Source of the DNA: Methylocaldum marinum
GTDB lineage: Bacteria; Pseudomonadota; Gammaproteobacteria; Methylococcales; Methylococcaceae
NCBI RefSeq assembly: GCF_003584645.1
Contig: NZ_AP017928.1
Location: 64,981 to 88,980 of the forward strand
Direction: 5' to 3'
Length of the DNA stretch: 24,000 bases
Below are positions 8,691 through 16,572 of this stretch, piece after piece. The position numbers and the translations under genes were made by a program. The notes below the pieces were generated by a model. That model searched no databases, was not told the origin of the DNA, and was given only the letters and a program-made list of their open reading frames with translations. How positions within the stretch are numbered: the stretch's first letter is position 1; each line of letters starts with the position of its first letter.

Positions 8691-8718
8691 ATTTTAGGAG
8701 ACGCCCGCAACGTGTCAA
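8691..8718 (-). promoter_or_regulatory. Near-consensus sigma70 promoter (TTGACA-N16-TAAAAT) reading toward the mini-ORF and rtcB paralogue 1
   Basis: Minus strand reads tcTTGACAcgttgcgggcgtctccTAAAATacc. The -35 is at 8718-8713 and the -10 at 8696-8691. Confidence 0.6.
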
Positions 8719-8811
8719 GAAATTATCGGAGCGGCATTTCTTAAGTGCGTCGAGAGCAAGCATTCTCCTCTGCATAAGGGGGGCGCCCGGAACCGGACGA
8801 ACGATTTGTCT

Positions 8812-10794
8812 TCACTGCCTTGCGGCGAGCTCCCGTTGAACGCCGAACCAGATTCGGGTTTCCTCCCCGGTGAGCTCCAGGAACCGGTTGAATTCGGCTA
8901 TATCGTTCACCGGAATTTCCGCACGGGGCATCTTCAGCTCGGTGTAAACGGTGACGCGGTCGCGCTCTTTCCGGTAATAGCGATGAAAACTCCCCCAAAG
9001 CGACTGGTAATCCACTCTGGGTCCCAAATTGTCGATGCGGGCTCCCGAATTCAGCCGATACGTGATTTGGCTTTGAAAATCGATTCCCTGGAACGAATAC
9101 GGGTAGCGGCTGTTGGTTGTTTTGACGCTTCTCGCAAGATCGCGCAGCCATGGATCGACTTCGACGATATGGGTCATTTGAGCCGGATCGAAAGCGTTGC
9201 GGAATTCCGTGGTGGAACTGATGACCAGGGGGAACGACGGGTGGTCCAGGCCCGCTAATCGCAGGCTCGGACTCACCTTGTCTCCCATGATGTTGCGATA
9301 ATCCTCCAGGAGCCATTGTTCCCGATCCACCTGGGATCGGGACTCCAAACCCGAGCGAATCCCATCTGCCCAGTGAGAGTCGTAGCTTCTCTCGAGCGTC
9401 TCGACGATGGTTCCGTCATCGGTCAGGCGGTTGTCCGCTTTCATTTCCATCTTCCAGGTAAACGTTTCGGAAGCGAGGCTGCCCGGTGCCTCGGTTCCCC
9501 GGCCGACTGTCAGTTTCACCGCTCCGTGGATGGCGCGCGGCAGAAATTCGGCAGAAAGGTAGGGGTCCGTCAGATCGACGCAGGATTCATAGTTCGGCGT
9601 CAGCTTTACGCAGGCGATCATGTGATTGAAGTACGATGATGCCGGCAGCAGCAGTTTGGAGAGTGAGCGCCTGTTAGTCGATGTCAGCACGGGATAGGCA
9701 TCCAATCCCACCTTTCGGGCCAAATCGACGAACAGCATGGTTTTGTCCTTGCAGTCTCCGAAGCGGTGCGCCAGGGTCGTTGTCGTCGGTTTGGGGACCA
9801 CGCCGCTGTGTCCGTGTTCGATACCGACATAACGAATGTCGCGGGAGACGAAAGCGAACAGGCGGTTCAGCCGCTCTTCCGGCCGTGCGGCGTCACGGAT
9901 CAGACGCTCTGCCAATTCCTTGATTTCCTTGCCCTTCGATAGCGCTGAATCGGCCAGTGTCTGCATGGTGGCGGAGATGGCCGCCCAGCTCGTCGGTTCG
10001 GCCAGAACCAGTACCGGCAGGACGTCGTAAGGCGAGGGCATATCCCGCTCGGTCAGGACGGGAGGAATGGCTTTCTTCGTGGCGCAAGAGAGACTTAGGG
10101 GCGTTTCCCGGCATGCCAGTTCGGGGTAGTCGGTTTTCCACGCCGGTCGCCGCCGGTTGTCGATCCAGTCGACCCGGACTTGAAAACTCTCGATGGGGGT
10201 GAAGCGGGCCGGAAATAAAATCCGCGACCACGGCAGGGGCGATTTTTTCAAATCGGAGACCGTTTTATAAACCAGGACGGAAATGCTGCCCGGCCTTATT
10301 TGGGGAAACGGTACGGTGACGTAATACGAATCGTTGAAGATATCAGGAGAATTATCGCTGGTGATTTGCAGGGTGGCGGGATCGACCTCTATCGTCGTAC
10401 CGTCGGGCTGGAGGACGTAAGCCTCCAGAATTTCCGCCCGCTGAGTGGTTCCGTCGACCCAGAATCCGCTGTTTCCCCCATTCGATATCCCGCTGGACGT
10501 AACGTACAGCTGGATACTATGGGTGGTCTCCTCGTCGAGCTTGTCGTCCCTGAGCACAAATTCGTGCTTTTCGGCCAAGGTTACGCTCCCATAGCCGAGA
10601 TTCTGGAACAGGGACATTCTTTCCGCGTGCGGCAAAAGATCCTGATAGCGATAATGGGGCGGCACCGGAGACCAGCGCACGAGTTCCGTCGTGTTGCCCG
10701 GCAATTTGAGGACTCGGTTGGCTTTTGCGGCCGCCGTTCCGGCCGATATACCGAGCAACGCGAACAGGCCTATCAGCCGACAAATGATGCTCAT
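8812..10794 (-). CDS. Secreted DUF3857-like / transglutaminase-like cysteine protease family protein
   Basis: Signal peptide MSIICRLIGLFALLGISAGTAAA. Transglutaminase core RFGDCKDKT, then NHMIACV and VDLTD (Cys-His-Asp). Its start ATG overlaps the upstream stop (ATGA at 10791-10794). Confidence 0.75.
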   Translation of the reverse strand: MSIICRLIGLFALLGISAGTAAAKANRVLKLPGNTTELVRWSPVPPHYRYQDLLPHAERMSLFQNLGYGSVTLAEKHEFVLRDDKLDEETTHSIQLYVTSSGISNGGNSGFWVDGTTQRAEILEAYVLQPDGTTIEVDPATLQITSDNSPDIFNDSYYVTVPFPQIRPGSISVLVYKTVSDLKKSPLPWSRILFPARFTPIESFQVRVDWIDNRRRPAWKTDYPELACRETPLSLSCATKKAIPPVLTERDMPSPYDVLPVLVLAEPTSWAAISATMQTLADSALSKGKEIKELAERLIRDAARPEERLNRLFAFVSRDIRYVGIEHGHSGVVPKPTTTTLAHRFGDCKDKTMLFVDLARKVGLDAYPVLTSTNRRSLSKLLLPASSYFNHMIACVKLTPNYESCVDLTDPYLSAEFLPRAIHGAVKLTVGRGTEAPGSLASETFTWKMEMKADNRLTDDGTIVETLERSYDSHWADGIRSGLESRSQVDREQWLLEDYRNIMGDKVSPSLRLAGLDHPSFPLVISSTTEFRNAFDPAQMTHIVEVDPWLRDLARSVKTTNSRYPYSFQGIDFQSQITYRLNSGARIDNLGPRVDYQSLWGSFHRYYRKERDRVTVYTELKMPRAEIPVNDIAEFNRFLELTGEETRIWFGVQRELAARQ

Positions 10795-12257
10795 GGCTTG
10801 TTCTCCGCAGCACTCAGGCGAAGGCTTTCCACCAGCGCCTGCACGGCATTTTCCTGGTTTTTCGTTCCTTGCCCTATGGCTTCGACGGTGTATTCCGGTG
10901 TGACTGCCGTGGCAACGAAGATGGCCTTTGCGGTGTTCATGACACCTTCGTTCCCGGAGAACCGAGCCAGCGAGAGCGGCGTCATTTTCGCCCCGGAGTC
11001 CAGGGTGCGGGTCTCGACTACCTCGACATTTCGCCACTGGGCGGCGATTATGGCGCGGCGCGCATCCACGAAACTGTCCAGCGACCGATGTTGAGTGACA
11101 TGGGCATGAACGACGACCCAGTCATTCAGGGTTTTACCCATCAATTCCAGATCGGTGCCCGGAAAAAGCGTGCCGGACGGCACGACCCGCCAACCTTCGT
11201 CCGGTATCTGCAGTCGATAGGTCGGAGTATGGCCGGATACGGATTCGCCGGGAGCGAGCCGTTTACCGGTGAAATGCAGGAACTCCGGCTTGCTTCCCAC
11301 CAATATCAAAGCCATCAAGGGCAAGCCTGCGATCAGCAGGCTTCGCTGTTTCCAGGTATACCGATTGTCGGGTTGCCTCCAATTCGGGCCATGCGCCAAT
11401 CGGAGGCGATTCATTTGTTGATGCAGTACCAACCAGGGGATGGCTGCGATCGAAACGGTCAATGGGTATAAAAAGCTCGGCATAACTGTCGGAGCGAATG
11501 CGGTGAATATCAATAAACCGGTCAATGCAGCAGGATGAAGAGGAAGGTCGAATCCGTTTTTTCTGGCCGAACGGGCAATCGAATTCGCCATCTGGAAGAA
11601 AATGGCGTAATTGACCAACGGAATAAGAACGCCCACGGCATAGAACCCGGGTTGGGTTCTTTTTTCCCCAATCTGGTTTAAATCCCTGATCGTACGATAG
11701 GTCAACATGACGGCATAAAGTGTCGCGCTCAACACCAAGAGAAAGTAGACCCGCCAGAGTTTCATGGGAGGATAGAGCGGCTCCGAAGGGTGATCGGGCA
11801 GGGCGTTGACTGGGGAGTGCGTCGGCCCCGCCGTCGCGCCGTCGTCGACAAGCCGCGACGCAAAATCGTTGCCGCCGGGTTGGCTATCGGATACTTTCCG
11901 TAATTTCTTATGCCGCTTATGGCCGAACCACAGCAGTATCAAGGCTGTGACGACGAAAACGAGGCCTGCGGTCAAGCCGATCGCAAACTGAGTCATGCGA
12001 TCATCGTGATAGTCGGTATAGACCGGCCCTATAAAAAATACCGACAGGGAAAGCGAGAGAGTTCCGAGATGGAAGCAAAATCCGCCGCGATATTCGGTCA
12101 TGGCCGCCGTCAAAATTATCACGCCGGCGACCAAGCACCCCGCCGCAAGAGTATACCCTATAAGACGATTGTCTCCCGCGTCGGCAATGGATAGAAACAA
12201 ACCCAACGCCCCCAGGAGGATAAGTAATATCCCACTGAAATACTGAGTTATTCTCAT
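10791..12257 (-). CDS. Multi-pass membrane protein with a C-terminal soluble domain, function unknown
   Basis: Several hydrophobic helices in two blocks separated by a basic/Pro-rich linker. Translationally coupled (ATGA) to the transglutaminase-like gene. Confidence 0.6.
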   Translation of the reverse strand: MRITQYFSGILLILLGALGLFLSIADAGDNRLIGYTLAAGCLVAGVIILTAAMTEYRGGFCFHLGTLSLSLSVFFIGPVYTDYHDDRMTQFAIGLTAGLVFVVTALILLWFGHKRHKKLRKVSDSQPGGNDFASRLVDDGATAGPTHSPVNALPDHPSEPLYPPMKLWRVYFLLVLSATLYAVMLTYRTIRDLNQIGEKRTQPGFYAVGVLIPLVNYAIFFQMANSIARSARKNGFDLPLHPAALTGLLIFTAFAPTVMPSFLYPLTVSIAAIPWLVLHQQMNRLRLAHGPNWRQPDNRYTWKQRSLLIAGLPLMALILVGSKPEFLHFTGKRLAPGESVSGHTPTYRLQIPDEGWRVVPSGTLFPGTDLELMGKTLNDWVVVHAHVTQHRSLDSFVDARRAIIAAQWRNVEVVETRTLDSGAKMTPLSLARFSGNEGVMNTAKAIFVATAVTPEYTVEAIGQGTKNQENAVQALVESLRLSAAENKP

Positions 12258-12595
12258 TAATTCACATCCTGTTATCGATTACGCTAAGAAATTATTCATG
12301 GCAATTTTGTAAACCGGTACCGCCCGAAGGCGGGTGAGGAGTGCCGACGACCGCCGCAGCCGGCGTTGAGCGAGAGATGGCGGGGGCAATGGAGAAACGC
12401 TTCGGGCGTTGCCTCCGCAAGCTGAAAATATGCACTGCGTACCCTTTGCGAGGTCTGTCCTATTATGAACGCGGAATTTTACTCCATGTACGGAGCGCTC
12501 GGCGGGGTACCGGTCGATCCGGCGCCATCGGTTGCGAAGCCTTTCTCGGCGGTGGCCGGGTTCCGGGCACACCTCGACGCTTCCCGCACAGCCGC

Positions 12596-14203
12596 TCAGC
12601 GGGTGGCGAGATCCGCCGCCTGTACGCTCTTCCAGTTCAAGCCGAACCGTGCAAGATACTTCCGCAGCCGGTCCGCGTCGTTGCTGCTGGCGCGAGTCGA
12701 GCGGGACACCGCGAACAGGCGGCGGCCGGCATCGGAGAGGCTGGCCGACTCGCGGCAGATTCGAATCACCGATTCCAGTTGCAGCCGGTCGAAAAGATCG
12801 ATTTTGGCCAAATCCTCCGCCGGAATCAGACGATCGATGCATTCGGTCCGGGCGTCGCCGCCGGGCTCCCACTGGCGGCGCAGCCGGGCGATCTCGGTGT
12901 CCACCAGGGCGTCGGATATGCGGCCGCCGTCCGCCAGGGTCGCAAGGCGCATCACGGAAGCGCCGAGATCGCGGAAATTGCCGGTCCAGCGGGCGGCCGG
13001 CGAGGTCGCGAAGCTCAGATATTTCTGCCGGGCCTCTTTGCTGAAGCGCACCATTCGCCCGAGCTCGGCGGAGTGACGGGCTAGAAGATAGTCCAGGTTC
13101 GGCTCGATGTCTCCGGGCCGCTGGGCAAGGCCGGGCAGGCTGTAGGTCCAGAGATTGATGCGGGCGAACAAGTCCTCGCGGAACCGTCCGGCGATGACGT
13201 CCCGGCGCAAATCCCGGTGGGTGCCGGCGATGAGCTGAAAATCGCTGCCCACCTCCAGATCACCGCCCACCGGGAAGAAGGTCTTTTCCTCGATCGCCTT
13301 GAGCAGCATGGCCTGCTCGTCCGCTCCGAGTTCGCCGATCTCGTCGAGAAACAATAATCCTCTGTCCGCGCTGCGCAGGAGGCCGCCGCGCGCCGTTACC
13401 GCGCCGGTGAACGCGCCTTTGACGTGGCCGAACAAGGCCGAAGCGGCGCCGTCTCCACGCAGGGTGGCGCAGTTGACTTCGACGAAGCGGCCGTCGATCT
13501 GGCGGCGTGCCTTTTTCAGTTCGTACACCCGCCGCGCCAGGAAGGATTTGCCGGCCCCGGTCGGTCCCATGAGCAGGATGGGCGCCCTGGAGCGTACCGC
13601 CACCTGCTCGATTTCGGTGATCACCCGGTTGAAATGCTCGTTGCGGGTGGCAATGCCGGATTTGAGCAGAGCGATGGCGTCGGACTGTTCGCGGGCGAAG
13701 CGCCGGGCTATGGGGTCGTACTTGGACAGATCCAGGTCGATGAGCGCGTAATCGCCGACCTGGTTGATGCCATGCCGCTTGGGCGGGGAGCTTTGCAGCA
13801 AGAGGCCGGGGAGGTAGCGCGCCTCGGCCATCAGAAACAGGCAGATCTGCGCGACGTGGGTACCCGTGGTGATATGAATCCAGTACGCCTCCTCGTCGGT
13901 ATTGAAGGGATAAGCCGTGGCGAAGTCGAACAGCGCCGAGTAGACCTCGCCGAAATCCCAGGGATCGGCGATGTCCAACGCGACTGGATGAACTTTTGTC
14001 TCGGGCGAGACCGAGGCGATGTCGGCGACCAGCTGCTCGACCAGGGCGAGATGCCGGTGCGTGTAGAGCAGTTCGAAGCGATGCACTACCAGGTCCTCGC
14101 GCTGAGTCAGGGCTACCGTGGGACGCCATTTCTCCCAGCGCCCGCTGGTCTTTCCGGAATCGAGCTGGGTGCCGACGAAACCGATGACGACGATTTTTTT
14201 CAT
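12596..14203 (-). CDS. rtcR: RtcR, sigma54-dependent transcriptional activator with an N-terminal CARF-type sensor domain
   Basis: N-terminus MKKIVVIGFVGTQLDSG...WEKWRPTV. AAA+ Walker A GPTGAGKS and the GAFTGA sigma54-contact motif. Divergent from rsr-rtcBA. Confidence 0.9.
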   Translation of the reverse strand: MKKIVVIGFVGTQLDSGKTSGRWEKWRPTVALTQREDLVVHRFELLYTHRHLALVEQLVADIASVSPETKVHPVALDIADPWDFGEVYSALFDFATAYPFNTDEEAYWIHITTGTHVAQICLFLMAEARYLPGLLLQSSPPKRHGINQVGDYALIDLDLSKYDPIARRFAREQSDAIALLKSGIATRNEHFNRVITEIEQVAVRSRAPILLMGPTGAGKSFLARRVYELKKARRQIDGRFVEVNCATLRGDGAASALFGHVKGAFTGAVTARGGLLRSADRGLLFLDEIGELGADEQAMLLKAIEEKTFFPVGGDLEVGSDFQLIAGTHRDLRRDVIAGRFREDLFARINLWTYSLPGLAQRPGDIEPNLDYLLARHSAELGRMVRFSKEARQKYLSFATSPAARWTGNFRDLGASVMRLATLADGGRISDALVDTEIARLRRQWEPGGDARTECIDRLIPAEDLAKIDLFDRLQLESVIRICRESASLSDAGRRLFAVSRSTRASSNDADRLRKYLARFGLNWKSVQAADLATR

Positions 14204-14347
14204 GAGATGTCACGCTAAAGCTTTATCCGGAAGTATAGAAAATGCCGGGGCTGTCGTTCTCCGGTTTTTTCTTGCTGTCTGACGTTGATTCAATTAAGTC
14301 TCATAAACTCAATGGCTTAAAAAATTTCATCGGCCGTTATCAAGGCC

Positions 14348-14363
14348 TGGCACACCGATTGCT
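14348..14363 (+). promoter_or_regulatory. Sigma54 (-24/-12) promoter of the rsr-Y RNA-rtcBA operon
   Basis: TGGCACaccgaTTGCT matches the consensus TGGCAC-N5-TTGCW. It lies ~40 nt upstream of the rsr ATG, which has an AAGGAG RBS. Confidence 0.85.
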
Positions 14364-14404
14364 CTAAGACTGGCGTAATCCAAAACGATAACAAGGAGAA
14401 CGTC

Positions 14405-15958
14405 ATGGCGAACTTACAGTTGTTCCGGAGCCTGCGCGGCCGACTACTGCCGCCGGCCGGCGCCCTAAACCACGAAGGTGCTCCGAGCTATGGTTTCAGC
14501 CCTAAACACCGATTGGCCCAATACGCGGCCACCGGCTGCCTGAGCGGGACCTTCTACGCCGGGGCCGAAGCGCAACTGGACACGATCCTCGCGCTGTGCC
14601 GGGAGGTGGATGCCCGATTCATCGCCAAGACTGCCGTTTACTGCCGCGAGAGAGGTTATATGAAAGACACTCCCGCTCTGCTGGCGGCGGTGCTGACGAT
14701 CCGGGGCCGGGAATTCCTGCCCGAGGTGTTCGGCCGCGTGATCGGCAACGGCCGGATGCTGCGCAACTTCGTGCAGATCCTGCGGAGCGGCGCGGTCGGC
14801 CGGAAGTCCCTGGGTACTCGGCCGAAAAAGCTGATTCAGCGATGGCTGAACCAGGCTTCCGAGCGGGACTTGCTGAACGCCGCGGTGGGCAACGCGCCGT
14901 CGCTGGCAGACGTGGTGAAGATGGTTCACCCGAAGCCGGCCGAGCCGTGGCGGGAAGCGTTCTTCGCCTGGCTGATCGGCAAACCTTACGATGAATTGGC
15001 CCTGCCGCCGACGACGCGGGCGTTCGAGGCGTGGAAGCGCGATCCCTCGGGAGAACCACCGGAAGTGCCGTTCCAGATGCTGACGGCGCTCGATCTCGAT
15101 GCCGAGCAGTGGGCACGGATTGCCCGGCAGGGTGGGTGGCAGATGGTTCGCATGAACCTCAACACCTTCGTCCGGCACGGCGTGTTCGAGATCAACGGAA
15201 TGGCCGACACGGTCGCGGAAAAACTGCGTGACGCGAAGGCCATCGCCAGAGCGGGTGTATTTCCGTACCAGTTGCTTGCCGCCTACCGGGCGGCGGGGAA
15301 GGGCGTACCGCCGGTGGTCCGGGAGGCTTTGCAGGATGCGCTGGAGATTTCCCTGGCGAACGTGCCGGAGATGCCCGGCCGGGTCGTGGTCTGCCCTGAT
15401 GTGTCGGGTTCGATGAGCTCGCCGGTGACCGGTTTTCGCGGTTCGGCGAGCACCGCGGTGCGCTGCATCGATGTGGCGGCCCTGATCGGGGCGGCCTTGC
15501 TGCGGAAGAACCGGGAGACAATCGTGCTCCCGTTCGAGAACGATGTGGTGACCGTAGATCTGAATCCGCGCGACACGGTACTGACCAACGCGGAGAAGCT
15601 GGCGAGTATCGGCGGGGGCGGCACCAATTGCAGTGCTCCCCTGGCTCGGTTGAACCGCCGAAAGGCCAAGGCCGATCTCGTGCTGATGGTCTCGGATAAC
15701 GAGTCCTGGGTCGACGCCACCCGGCGCGGAGCGACGGCCACGCAGCGGGAATGGGAAACCTTCCGGCAGCGCAACCCGGCGGCCAAGCTGGTCTGCGTGG
15801 ATATCCAGCCGTACGGCACCACGCAGGCGGCGGAACGCGACGATATTCTGAATATCGGTGGATTTTCCGACGAGGTGTTCAGAGTATTGGGCACGTTCGC
15901 GGCGGGGCAGCTGAATCCGGAGCACTGGGTAGGCGTCATCGAGGAAATCGTTTTGTAA
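14405..15958 (+). CDS. rsr: Rsr (Ro60 orthologue): TROVE domain plus a C-terminal vWA domain
   Basis: N-terminal TROVE-like sequence (NHEGAPSYGFSPKHRLAQYAATGCLSGTFYA...KTAVYCRERGYMKDTPALL). vWA MIDAS motif DVSGSM. Operon context with rtcR/rtcB/rtcA. Confidence 0.88.
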   Translation: MANLQLFRSLRGRLLPPAGALNHEGAPSYGFSPKHRLAQYAATGCLSGTFYAGAEAQLDTILALCREVDARFIAKTAVYCRERGYMKDTPALLAAVLTIRGREFLPEVFGRVIGNGRMLRNFVQILRSGAVGRKSLGTRPKKLIQRWLNQASERDLLNAAVGNAPSLADVVKMVHPKPAEPWREAFFAWLIGKPYDELALPPTTRAFEAWKRDPSGEPPEVPFQMLTALDLDAEQWARIARQGGWQMVRMNLNTFVRHGVFEINGMADTVAEKLRDAKAIARAGVFPYQLLAAYRAAGKGVPPVVREALQDALEISLANVPEMPGRVVVCPDVSGSMSSPVTGFRGSASTAVRCIDVAALIGAALLRKNRETIVLPFENDVVTVDLNPRDTVLTNAEKLASIGGGGTNCSAPLARLNRRKAKADLVLMVSDNESWVDATRRGATATQREWETFRQRNPAAKLVCVDIQPYGTTQAAERDDILNIGGFSDEVFRVLGTFAAGQLNPEHWVGVIEEIVL

Positions 15959-15972
15959 GAGGTGGGTGAAGC

Positions 15973-16041
15973 GCCCGCGAATGCCGGTGTGATTACATCG
16001 CTGTCACCGATATACGGATCACATCAATTCTTGTCGCGGGC
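15973..16041 (+). ncRNA. Y RNA-like module 1 (short, YrlB-like, no tRNA-like domain)
   Basis: Closing stem CCCGCGA (15974-15980) / TCGCGGG (16034-16040). Conserved cores GCGAATGCC (15977-15985) and CTTGTCGC (16030-16037). Inner stem TGTGAT/ATCACA. Confidence 0.5.
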
Positions 16042-16061
16042 CTTCACATTGTTTGATTCCA

Positions 16062-16166
16062 GTGCGAATGCCGGCTTGGACTACATTGGTAAGCGGGAAA
16101 CCGCTCGGGTTCGACTCCCGTGATGCCGGGGTAACCGGTATCAGGTCCAGCCAATCCTTGTCGCAC
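16062..16166 (+). ncRNA. Y RNA-like module 2 (closing stem + T-arm-containing multi-hairpin domain)
   Basis: GTGCGA (16062-16067) / TCGCAC (16161-16166). GGCT(T)GGAC pairs with GTCCAGCC with a bulged T. Internal hairpins are AGCGG-GAAA-CCGCT, the T-arm CGGG-TTCGACT-CCCG, and GCCGG-GGTAA-CCGGT. Confidence 0.6.
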
Positions 16167-16186
16167 GCTCTTTTGGCAATAGTTTG

Positions 16187-16295
16187 GCGCGAATGCCAGG
16201 CAGGACTCCATCGGGTCGCCGGTTCGATCCCGGCCCGCGCTTCGGCGCGGTAGCTCAGCGGGTAGAGCAGATGTCCTGCCGCCCTCTTGTCGCGC
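16187..16295 (+). ncRNA. Y RNA-like module 3 (YrlA-like, with a complete permuted tRNA mimic)
   Basis: GCGCGA (16187-16192) / TCGCGC (16290-16295). GGCAGGAC pairs with GTCCTGCC. T-arm GCCGG-TTCGATC-CCGGC (16218-16234). Acceptor hairpin CCGCGC-TTCG-GCGCGG (16235-16250). D-arm TAGCTCAGCGGGTAGAGCA (16251-16269). Confidence 0.75.
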
Positions 16296-16314
16296 TACTT
16301 TCTTGACGATTTAT

Positions 16315-16437
16315 GGCGAATGCAGGTGGAACTACATGCCTACGATGCCGGTTGTCGCGGGTTCGATCCCCGCCGGTCTCACCAGGGACCGTAGCTCAGC
16401 GGATAGAGCACCGAACGTTTCACCGATCCTTGTCGCC
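16315..16437 (+). ncRNA. Y RNA-like module 4 (YrlA-like, permuted tRNA mimic with an ACCA acceptor loop)
   Basis: GGCGA (16315-16319) / TCGCC (16433-16437). GGTG(G)AAC pairs with GTTTCACC with a bulged G. T-arm GCGGG-TTCGATC-CCCGC (16357-16373). Acceptor CGGTCTC-ACCA-GGGACCG (16374-16391). D-arm TAGCTCAGCGGATAGAGCA (16392-16410). Confidence 0.75.
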
Positions 16438-16447
16438 GATCTTTTTT

Positions 16448-16572
16448 GCGATGAATGCAGATGGAACTACAGGGTAAAGCGGTGGGTGAAGAGCCCACAG
16501 GTTCCGGGTTCAAGTCCCGGTCGGCCCATGGCCGGTAGCGAAATAGCGAGTTTCATCGATCCTTGTCATCGC
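16448..16572 (+). ncRNA. Y RNA-like module 5 (T-arm-containing, degenerate D region)
   Basis: GCGATGA (16448-16454) / TCATCGC (16566-16572). GATG(G)AACT pairs with AGTTTCATC with a bulged G. Hairpin GTGGG-TGAAGAG-CCCAC, T-arm CCGGG-TTCAAGT-CCCGG, hairpin CGGCC-CAT-GGCCG. It ends 24 nt before the rtcB ATG. Confidence 0.6.

Noticed and set aside
14465-15925. 486-aa minus-strand ORF, plus other long shadow ORFs (4610-5677 minus, 13260-14213 minus, 13424-14218 plus, 16566-17456 minus, 17831-18676 minus, 1451-2050 minus)
   Set aside because: All overlap confidently identified genes (rsr, yqiA/MBL, rtcR, rtcB, rtcA, PEP-CTERM) on the other strand or frame, and all are Arg/Pro/Gly-rich.
16245-16410. 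Possible genuine tRNA genes starting at GCGCGGTAGCTCAGCGGGTAGAGCA (16245) and GGGACCGTAGCTCAGCGGATAGAGCA (16385)
   Set aside because: After the D-arm there is no anticodon arm or downstream T-arm. The T-arm and the acceptor 3' strand lie upstream in permuted order. These are tRNA mimics inside Y-like RNAs, not tRNA genes.
15973-16572. CRISPR array, suggested by five spaced repeats
   Set aside because: The repeated cores are short (8-9 nt), come in two kinds that pair with each other, and the spacing is irregular (87-137 nt). The intervening sequence is tRNA-like structure. There are no cas genes.
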